Part shown: piece after piece, positions 36,396 to 48,300 of the stretch
Layout: the number at the start of each line of letters is the position of its first letter
Numbering within the stretch: the first letter of the stretch is position 1
Assembly (NCBI GenBank): GCA_029219165.1
Contig: JAQXSW010000015.1
Span: forward strand, 14,487 to 78,486
Direction: 5' to 3'
DNA from: Oscillospiraceae bacterium
GTDB lineage: Bacteria; Bacillota; Clostridia; Oscillospirales; Acutalibacteraceae
DNA: 64,000 nt
Program-made: the position numbers and the translations under genes
The notes under the pieces: generated by a model
What the model was told of the DNA's origin: nothing
The model's input: only the letters and a program-made list of their open reading frames with translations
Databases searched by the model: none

Positions 36396-39300
36396 TTAAT
36401 AATTTTCCTCTTCTTCATCTTTCCTCTTCTTTACAAATAAAGTTGAGCCAAAGACCGAAACTACGAGAAGTGCAAGACTTGAAAGAATGGATTTATCATC
36501 GCCGGTATTTGCAACAACTTCAAATTCGAAATTTGGAGCATAAGCAAGTGGGACCTGTCCATTTTCTATTACTACTGTCTTAATCTCTGTTCTTCCATCT
36601 GGAAGTGTTACCCTTATCTGATATGTTCCGTTTGGTACATCTTTAAAGGTGTAGTTTCCGTTCTTATCTGTATAAGTAACAAGAGGAGTGCCATCAACAA
36701 GAGTGATTGGGTATCCATCCTTGTCAAGGAGTTCAACCTTTACTCCAGACTGTGGAACACCATTATCAGCCTTAACATTTCCTTTGATATCACAAAATGC
36801 ATTGTAGTTATCAAACTTAGTATCTGTGTTACCAGTTACTGTACCATTTTCAACTGTTACTGGTGCCTCAACGTCGTCATCTTCCTCAACAGGTGAATTG
36901 ATCTTAACTATATATTCTCCATCTGGAATATGACTGAAGATATAGTCACCGTTTTCATCTGTTTTTGTTGTAATTGGATTTCCATCTTTATCAAGTACCG
37001 GCTTTCCATCCTTATCAAGAAGTTCAACAAGAATACCCTCTGCAGGCTTTCCGTTCTTATCTGTTACATTTCCAGTAATATCTGTAAACGCCTCATAGTT
37101 CTCAAGTTTAGATGTTACACCAGTTGAGCTTGGATAACTATTACCATATTCGTCCTTAACGTCACCATTTGCAACGTTAATCTTTGTAGTCGTTGTATCA
37201 GTATTACCATCCACATCAGGATGTGGAGCAATAACTTCTATCTGATACTCACCGATTTCAACGTTTTTAAATTTGTACTTTCCATTCTCATCTGTTGTCG
37301 TTGTGATTGGATTTCCATTCGCATCCAGAACTGGATTACCATTCTTATCAAGAAGGTTAACTATTGCGTCCTTTACAGGGTCACCATTCTTATCTACTAC
37401 AGTGCCGCTAACATCTGTATATACTTGATAATTATCTAGGCTTATATCCTCACCCTCCGCATTACCATTTTGAATAGTAATATCATCTGAAGTTGTTGGA
37501 GTATTTCCATCTGGAGGTGTTACTTTAACTTTATAGTCACCCTCTGGGACATCTTTAAAGATATAGTTTCCATCTTCATCAGTTGTTGTGGTCATTGGAT
37601 CACCATTTTGGTCATATACCGGGTTACCATCCTTATCAAGAAGATCCACTATGGCACCTGGAACAGGATTTCCATCCTTATCTACAACCGTACCTGATAT
37701 ATCACCGACAGTTTTATAGTTATTGAAACTTATATCTGCAGGAGTAGATGTTCCGTTAGGATTTACAGTAACAGGTTCTGTAGTTGTTTCTGAACCATCC
37801 GGTGTCGTAACTTTAATCTTATAATCTCCATCAGGAAGATTGTCAAACGTAAAGTTACCATCCTCATCAGTCTTTGTTGTGATTGGATTTCCGTTGTCAT
37901 CAAGAATTGGATTTCCGCTATCATCAAGAAGTTCAACAATAGCTTTATTAATCGGCTTATCGTCCTTACCTGTAACATTGCCTGTTACTGTAGCATCTGG
38001 AACATATGCCAATGTAAAAATTGAGAAGAGATTACTCTTAAATCCAACAATATCATCAGAAAGATCCGGATCTGTATCTGCGTGCTTTGTTGATGTATTT
38101 AAGTGGTCTCTATATACAAAGAATACACGTCCAGCCTTTGCATATACATCCGCAGAAATTGAAAATTCAATATCTTCAGATGTTGTTGTAAGAATTGTTG
38201 TTGTGTCTGGATTTGTATCTGAAGCATCTGCATAGACGTTCTTAACAATCTTAACCTCAACATGCTTAATTACAACGTTTCCTTCGCTTTCAGCTTTTGC
38301 TTCATTGTATGAATCGCCCGGAGCTTCCTTTACAGTCATCACAACTTCTACTCTTTGGCCATCAAGGAATTTTTCAACGTCATCACCGTCAATAAACTTC
38401 TTGAGTGTTGCCTTAACAGCATCGTCATCAATGTCAACGACATCTGACTCTACATCAATTACAACGATACCGTATCGGTTAGAAATCTTTTCCGCATACT
38501 GAGAAAGAAGTTCGTCTCTCTTTTGCTGAAGCTTATCCTTCTCTTCTTGAGTAAGATTATTATCCTCAGCGTCTACGAAGTTATCAATATTATTGATTGC
38601 ATCTTTAAGATTGTTTTCTGTTGGAGCTGTTGGTTCAGCCCAAGAATCGTCAAGTTCATCAATGAAGTCGTCAACTGTCTTAGTATTTACTGTAATAGAA
38701 ACTGCGTTTCCACCTTTATCTGTAGCAACTATTTCATAAGTAGAGCCGTCATTTGGAATGTCAATTGTAGCAGTACCATTTAAAATCTGTGGTGGCGGAG
38801 TAACCTCTACACCATCTTTATAAACCTTAACCGTGTCAAGATTTGAATCTGAAACAGTAACTGTACGGTCAGCATATGTTGTACCGTCATCCGCTGTTGT
38901 TGCACTTGTATTACTTGAAACTGTAATCACAGGATCAGTTAAATCAAATACATGTCCATCAGATGAAACATAAGTAACATTACCCGCGTTATCTGTTAGT
39001 TTTGCATAGATAACAAACTTAGATTGATCTACTGCAGGAATTTCAAAGCTTCCTGTGTACTCACGCCAATCTGTTCTATTAGCAATATCAGCATTTGAAG
39101 TAATGACATCCGTTGTCTTAATGTACTCAATTGACTTCTGTCCAGAAATATCAAATGTACCTTCAATTTTAACTATCACTTTGTCATTCTTGTAAATACC
39201 AAATGTAATTGTACTAAGGAGTTCCTCCCAGAAAGATGAGTCAACCGTAATTTTACCGGTAGGAGCACTTGTGTCTATCTTAACATTTACTGATACTGGG

Positions 39301-42300
39301 TCACTTTCTACACCAGATTCACTGATTGCCTTAACCAGATATGTACCATTTGTACCGTCGTACAATGTAAGCGAACCGTTTGGCATATCAAGCCATGTAT
39401 TGCCACCATCTGTAGAATACTTATAGGTAGTAGTACCAAGATTGTTAGAATTAGTATTGTCAACACTAATTGTTACTGGTGAAGTTGACCATTCACCTTC
39501 AGTGTAAGAGCCAATTGAAACCGAAGCTACAGGCTTAGAAGTATCAACATTTGATACCGTTACAATATCCTGTGCAGTCTCTCCTGCCCCGTTTGTAATT
39601 GTTACAAGATATTCTCCATTGTCTGTTGCAACAAATCCATTCATGTATGTATTTGTAATGTCAATAACAGTACCATCTGGTTTTTTTATTGTAACAGACT
39701 TAATGTTTGACTCACCCACGGTAGGAGTTACTGAAATTGTTCTGCTCTGAGCAATTCCTGTATTGTTAGCAGAAGCATCAACAGTTGGAGTAACCGTGTC
39801 CTTTTTAAGTGTAAGCGTAATTATTGCCTCATTTGAAGAATTGTCTATTGCCTTAACAACAACCGTATTTACGCCACCGCTAAGTGCAGATGCAGGAATT
39901 TGAATCTTACCATCTGAAACAGTAGCCGTAACAGTTGTACCACTGTTTACTGTATACTCAACTGTGTCAAGACCGGCAAGTGAATCTGAAACAGAAACAG
40001 AAACATTTGACGTTTCATCTGTTATCCATTTTCCATTTGCAGAATTTATATCTGTGAGTGTAGGATTGGTGGCATCTGTAACAAAACCGTATGAACGAGC
40101 ATATGAGGTGTGTCCGGCACCGTCCTTAACTCTTGCATAAACAATTGCTTTTGTGTCCGGATCTACGGAAACACCTGTACCATCTGTCCAATCTCCAGCT
40201 AAAAGTGCATTTAAATCGCTGTCAGAAAGAATAGTATCAGATGTGGAAACATAGTAACTATATGTAAGCCCACTAATGTCTGTCCCGTTTTCATTTGTAA
40301 TGTCAACGCCAACCTTATCATTGAAGAAGTGACCAAACGTAAGTTCATTTAGTATCTTCTTAAGGTTACTCTCGGAAACAGTTACCTTTGCAATTGGAGA
40401 AACTGTATCCTGCTTGAAGCCAGATGTTACAAGTTTAACAGAAATTGAACCCTCGTGAGCATCTCCTTCTTTAACGTTTCTCAAGTAGTACTCTACACCA
40501 CTGCCGTATTCTCCGTCAGGAACAGTAATATAGTCACTCCATGTGTTAGAACTATCAGTTGAATTAGATGTGCTGATTTTGTATCCAGTTGGAGCTGTAA
40601 TTTGAACTTCAGAAATCGTCCAACCATTTTCACCAGCTATCTTGTTTTCAAGTGTTGCTACAACACCAGGGTTATATGTTGTAATCTCATAGTTTGCAGT
40701 TGTTGGATTTACTTCAATGTAGTAGTTTCCATTTACTTCAACTGTTTGATCAAGAGCAAAGTCTTTACTTGAAATTACATATGAACCAACATCTTCACCC
40801 GGAGTACGTTCAAAAGATCCAGTAAACACCACTGGGTCAGATCCTACAACTCCCGAGTATGTATAAGTAAGTTCAGCATCATCTTGACCATAATCAACAG
40901 ACTGGTCATCCGGAGATACGACAATAAGTCTCTTTTCAACTTTAAGTATTGCTGCCGTATCAACCTCCGTCCAGCCGGCTGCACTAGTTAAGATTACTCT
41001 ATATTTATCACCATTGTTTTCAACAACTGATGGATTAGAAACGGTATAAGAGTTACCTGTTGCACCATCAATTGTCTGCCATGTATCTGATGTTTCATCA
41101 TACTTCTCCCACTGATATGTAAGAGATGAGGTGCTCTTTGCATTAATTACAAATGTTGCTGTTGCATCGCCGTAAGTTACTGTTACATCTTGAGGTTTAG
41201 CAACGACTGTAATACCGCTTGAGTCACGTCTAATTTGAATATCACGAATTTTAATGTTTCCTACCTTATCGGCTGCTGAAACAGTAATTGTGTATTCTCC
41301 ATCAGGAACATCACTATTTGGAATTGTAAATGATGAAGACGAAACAATTTTTGTAGTTCCAGCAAATCCTGATGGAGCAGTTGAAGAGTAGGTGTAAGAA
41401 ATTGAAGTTTCATCTACACCACAACCATTTGCATCATCTACAACTGTTACCGGAATTTCAACTGTACTACTTACATCCCAATCACCTTCAGCATATGAAA
41501 CGTTAATAGTAGGTTCCGTCTTATCAATTTTTATTCCATTAGTTGAAAGATATGTCTTGTTTCCGGCTTTATCAATGAGCATTACATAAATTACATAATT
41601 ATTCTCATTCTCAATAGTAAATGAACTACCGGAATATGTTGTCCAACCGGTTGTAAGAGTCTTGATATACTCAAGAGTTCTTCCATCATGATCAATCAAA
41701 TAGTATTTTCCGGAAATACCACTGACTGTATCAGTTCCATCCACTGTAACTGCAACGGGATCTTTATAGAAAATGTTAAGGAAATCAACAGTTGAAACAA
41801 ACTCAGTCCAAAAATTTGTACCAACGGAAACTGAACCTGTTGGATTTTCCTTATCAACGCTTGCTTTAACAGTTACTGGAGCACTTTCAACACCAGAAGC
41901 ACTAATAGCAACAACTTCATAGGTTGTTTTACCATTTTGTGAATCTGTAAATGTGTTAGAATCAAGTTCTAAATAATCTGAATCAGTGGATACTTTATAC
42001 TTGTATGTTACAGGAGCAAGAGTATCTGCTGTATTTGAAAGTGTAAAGATAACATCATCATTAGTCCAAGGTGCAGTGCTGTAATTATAAGTCTTGGAAT
42101 TTGACTGAGCGGAAACACTTAACACCGGAACTGTGTTGTCAATTTTACTATATGTAACAGAAGCAATATCACTTATTTCACCAGATTTGCTTATTGACCT
42201 AAACTCATAAGTTCCATTTTCAGTAATAGGAACTTTATATCCTGAGCCATCGTCTGTTATAACTGTCCAACCCTCGTCTCCTGATTTTCTATACTGAACA

Positions 42301-45300
42301 GAGCCAACACCTGAAACACCTACAGAAGTAACATTTACAGTAGCTGAATCCTCAGTGACCCAATCAGTAGAAGCTGTTGAAACAGAAATTGTCGGCTTCT
42401 CTGAATCCTTCCAAACCGTTACGGTCTTTACTTCACGTTCAACATTTCCGGCCTTATCAAGAGCCTTAAATGTTACAACGTACTGACCATTGTCAATAAC
42501 AGGCAATGAAAAATCACCATCAGCATCAAATGTTAAAGTTCCAGTCTTCTCAACACCGTTTGCTGTGTAAGAATATGTAACCTTTTCAACATCTGCATAG
42601 TGCTTTTCAACATTACCGGTAATAGTTTGGTTAGTATTAACCCATGTGCTGTCATAGTCATAAGCGACAGTAAGTGTTGGACCAAATGTATCAACAACTA
42701 TTCCATTAGTGCTTATATAGCTGTGGTTATCTACCTTATCTATGAGTTTTGCATAAACTATATATTTTCCATCCGGATTAAGTGAAAGAGAACCATCTGT
42801 ATAAGTTGTCCATGTAGTAACCGTATCTAGTGCATTTGCATCCAAAAGTTGGTCAGTTACATAGTATTCAATTCTTCTAACACCACTTCCATCTATATCG
42901 GCAGCCGTAATAGTCACATCTTGTGTACTATTAAAAAACAAACCAAATGTGAGTGAGTTAAGAAGACTTGTCCAAGAGTTTGTATCAACAATGATTTCAC
43001 CGGTTGGAGCTGTGTTATCTCTACCAATTGTAAGAGCAAGTTCCTTAAGATTTTTTGAATTATCTATTGCCTTTACAGTTACAACATTTGAGCCTTCATT
43101 GAGAGAACTGATAGCAATAGAAATATTACCTTCAGCATCAACTGAAGCATCTGAATAAGCCCCTTCTCCTACCTTAACTTGAACTGTCTCAAGGCCGGCA
43201 AGGAGATCAACAACGTGAACCTTAATTATTTCACCGTCTTTGAACCATCTGTTGTTTACATTATTTGTATCTGAAATTTCAGGAACAGTCTTATCTGTGA
43301 TAAATCCATATGAAGCAGCATATGAGACATTCCCGGCGTTATCAGTTACTCTTGCATATATTACTGCCTGTTTATCCGGGTCAACGCTTACGCTTGAACC
43401 CTCTGTCCAATAAGAATCAGAAAGTGCATTAAGTTCAGCTTCAGTCAAAATAGTAGTTGCGTTGTTTGCAACATAATATTCAACTTTAGCAACACCCGAC
43501 TTATCAATTCCTACTGGAAGTGCATCACTTGAAGTGATTATTGCATTAACAGTGTCATTAAAATATTTTTCAAACAATCCACCAAGAATTGTTTTAACCA
43601 CTGATGTTGTAATGCTAACAGATGCACTTGGAGCAGTCTTATCTATTTTTGCTACGTACGAAGATGAAATGTACTCTCTTGTATCAATAACAGCTTTAAA
43701 CTTAACGTTAGTAACACCCTCATCCGTGACATCAAGTGTATTACCTGACATTGCCGTGTAAGTTGTTCCGTTATCTAGTGAGTAATAGAAAGTAACATCG
43801 TTATAATCGACTTCCGTATTTGTGCCTATGAGTTCAAATGAAACTGTACCATTTGTCCAAACAGTTGGGGTCTGTGAAACAGTAAACTCTGGAAGTTCAA
43901 TCCATTTAGCGTAAAGTGTATGGTCACTTGTTGTCGTAACTTCTGTTGTTGAAGTTACTAAGTTGCCACTTTCTGTATACCAACCGTCAAAGTTTTTACC
44001 AGCCTTTACAGGTATTGGAAGAGTGCCATATTCATCTTTGAATGTTACAGTTATTGGAGTTCCATATGGATTTCCATCAACATCAAATGAAACTGTATAC
44101 GTTGCAGGCGAATACTTTATTTCAGCATTAATCTTATCTGAACCCATAATGCCAGAAATAGAGGATACATCCGATACATATCCCGGGATTGTCTTTGCAG
44201 GAACATTATAAGTACTGCCAGGATTTACCTTTTCATAGGAAATATCAAATGTTTCATTTGTATCTGTGTATGTATGCTTGACTGAAAGGTTATGATCAGA
44301 AAGCTCATATACCACAGTCTTATAAAGAACAACATCATTTTCTGCATGAGCATCTGCAAATTCTTCATCAATACTAATGTTAACTTTAACATCTGATGAA
44401 TTTACGAGTTTATATCCGGCAACATCAGGTGAATTTACTGAATCCTCATATGTATACCAAACATCTTTCTCATATTTTGAAGCAATTTCATTTCCATCAG
44501 TGTCAACATATTTAATTTGTACGGTGTAAAAGAGTGGCTCGTAAGAACCTACTACCCAATAGTTTGTTGCTGGCATTGTTGAAAGTGGATTTCCATCATC
44601 TGTCTGCCAGTCCCATACATACTTAAAGCCCTTAAGATCTATTCTAGGATTATATAGACTTGCTGTTTCATCAGTAATTGCAGAACCAGCAAGATATGAT
44701 GTATCTTTTGTTGCTACAAGAGCATTATTTTCATCATATCCTCTGTATTTAAGAGTGTAAGTCTTAACAACTCCTGTTCCAGAAATTTCAATATTACCAC
44801 TTACTTCTGAATCAGGAATTACGAGTTCACCGGTTGTCTTATCATAAGTGTAATTTGCAATTGTTACACCATTAACCTTAACATCTACGTTATCCGGAGC
44901 ACCATATCCTGCCTCAGGAGTAACATATGCTCTAAGTGCAGAACCCAAATCAACTTCTGTTGGTCCATCATATTCCATATTAGTAAGATTTGTGGTTACT
45001 CCACAAAATACAACGACACTTGAAGTCAATGTCTTTTCATCAGCATTTACAAGTTTATCTGCCTTAGCCTTAGAAGTTGCACTTGTTGGCATAATTCCAT
45101 ACTTGTAAGTGAAAGTTTTGTTTGCAGTTGCTGTATATCCACCATTTGGAAAATCAGTATCAAGCACCTTAAGGACATAATCGTCAAGAAGGGTACTTGA
45201 GTTAGGCCAGTTATCTGTTACAGAGAACAAATCGTTAATTGGAACAACAGTTCCATACTGTACCCTCTTCTCCTCTGTTACAACCGATGCTGAAAATGGA

Positions 45301-48300
45301 TTTGTAAGTTTGTAGTTTACATAGTCTGTAGTTATATTCTTTGGAACGTCAGCAACATCATCGCCAATATCGGCATTCTTTGAATCATCCTGTTTAGCAA
45401 CCATGCCCGTTGCATATGCCTTTGTTCCATTATAAAACAAATCAGGTACTACATTACCACCAAGGAAACCATTTATAGGCTTAAACTTAATTGTCCACGA
45501 AACTTCAGGAAGAGTCGCTGTTGTCTTTTCAAGATCATTTTCATTTTCAACTGTAAAAATCACATCATCAATTGTGTAATTACTCTTTTCAAAACTAACA
45601 AGCCCAAAATAATTTGACAGTTCATAATCAAGAGTAATATCTGTAAGTCTCTCTCCAAGAAGTTGCTTGATTTGATCTGCTGTATAGCGATCTTCTTGAA
45701 TAAGAGCAATTTTTACACAACCATTATTTCCTGCACTTGAATCCTTAGAGGAACTTGCAGCATCTATAACAGCCTGCTTAGCATCATTTGGCAATGTTTT
45801 ATACACAATAGCAGCGCTTTCAATTGCATTCACATCTGTTGTTAATCCGTTAAAGCTCAATGCATTTGTACCAGCTGCACCGCCCTTAGCCCACCATGTG
45901 CCCTTTGGGCCTAAAATTGTTTTTTCTGAATACGATGTTCCTGGAGCACCATCAGTTGATACGGATGATTTCGCACTTGTAAAAGTATCTGCCATTGTAT
46001 ATGTAGATACTGCGTCAACACCATTACATACTAATTCATTTGGTCTATCATCAGCTCTATAAGTACCACCGTGGGTAAGGTCATTTGACTGTTGAGTGGA
46101 AAGACCTGGAGCTGTTACCGCTGAACCACCGCCACCAGCACCACCGGCAGCTACTAATCCTACTCCATTAAATTCAACAATGGAACTTCCACCACCAGAA
46201 CCTCCTGTGCCAGTAACTTCATCCTCATTTTGACGTACTACACTTCTAGAAACACCTTGTGCGCCAACATTATATGAAATGACGGTACCTTTAGTTAAAT
46301 ATTGATAACCATAAACATAATCACCAGTGGCTCCAGTTCCGCCCCGTGATGTAGCAAATGTATTACTGTTATTGTATCTAATAGTGTCTGCACCGTTTCC
46401 GCCGTTGGCTCCCCAAGCCTGTATTAGATAATAACCATTTACAGGAACCGTAAATGAATAAGATCCAATAGCAGTTTGTGTTACACTTGTTGGAACATTT
46501 GATGCAGGAGCCATCTGTTGTTTTATTGTAAGTTCGTCTTCATTAACCCATACACCACTGTCTTTATCAGCGCGTGTGCTTGAATTAAGAGTTACAATGA
46601 GAGAATATGTTTTAGTTGATTCGTCATATTCAATTATTTTCCGAGTTTTATAAATTATTCCATTGAGTTCAATTTCAGAAATAACATCAACAAAAGCAAT
46701 AGTTTTAATATCAGTTGCTGTTACAGGAGTACCAATAATTGCTGCAGAATACTTAGGAGAAACCGTATATCCAACAGTGTAAACTGTTGAATCCAGCGGA
46801 GAAACAGTACTCTCTGTAATTAATGCAGTTTCCTCGGCATCCTTAACCCAATAACTTGATATTCCACCTATGAAGTCATACATAGCGTTACTTTGGTAAG
46901 TAGTTCTTACCGAAGCCATGTTATCCTCATAAAGAGTGTTTGTTGCAACGTCTTCTCCACCCATAATTTCAAGGGTGTTTCCAATAGCTTCAAAATTTTG
47001 AAGTGGTACGTTTACATATGAGACATCATTCGACAGGTCAATAGAAGATGTCTTTGTTGAATTTTTATTGTTAACAGTAATTTCAGGAGTTGTTGTGTTC
47101 TCAAAAAGGTTAACATTGTTACCACCCATGAAAGCTGTCTTTGGGGTGAATGTAAGAATAAGGTGTACCTTACCATCTTCTCCAAGTTTTGCATTCTTGA
47201 GTGTAATCTGCTGTCCGCTTACTTCTGCTATACCGTCCGTAGAAGAAGCAGTAACATTAAAATATTTAGAAGCATTTGCTGTAAATGTAAGTTCATTTAG
47301 CCAAGAGAAGTCCTTTGTAGGATTCATGGTCTTATCAGCACCAATGAATGTAATATCAACCGCACCACCAGTTGAACTTGAACTTTCTTTGTTCTTTATA
47401 TCGTCAGTAATTGATGAAGCATTATATGTAAATAGGTTAGAAATATATGACGAACCGCCGCCACCGCCACCGATATAACCAGGGCTTATAAGTGACGCCA
47501 TATTACCACCAGATGCACCACAATAACCAGCACCACCGGCACCACCACGAAGGTCTCCAGCCGCACCGGCACCACCCGGAAGTTCATTATTATAGGTAGC
47601 CGCCCAATCATTCGGCTTGTCACCTTTAATAATTCCAAGGCCAAAATCCTTGGTTATTTCACCTGGAACATCTGTTGCACCTTTACCAATATATGAAGTT
47701 TTCTTTCCACTTGATTTACCATCTTGTCCATCAAAAACATAACCATTAGCAACCGTGCGTATATTACTTCCGTTTACAGAACCACCATTACCACCGTCTG
47801 CGGTTCCCGTTGGCTTATAACCGAGAATGAATCCATCTCCGGCACCACCACCGCCACCGCCGGCAGCAATCATGATGTACTTTGAAGTACGATCTGATTC
47901 GTCAATTTTTGTCTTAACAAGATTTCCATCTATGTCAAGGTATGTTGTCTTAAATGTGTTAGCCTCCGAGCCATTGTGGAAAAGATATACAGCAGAATAA
48001 CCACCGCCACCACCGACTTTGTAGCTACCAAGATTACCATGTCCGCCGCCAGAACCATTTGCTCCGCCGCCTTCATCCTCTTTTTCTGTTTGAACACCAT
48101 TACCACCAATATTGTAGTAAAGAATGTCACCCTTGTTAAGAGTAATAACGCCATAGAGGTGACCGCCCTTACCGCCGTTACCTCCGTGATTATATTTTGT
48201 GTCAGACCCATCGGCACCATTACCACCCCAAAGTTCAACGAGGTAGTCACCCGAGAACTGAGCCTCAAAATAACCATCACTAGATTTAGTTGAATCCTTA

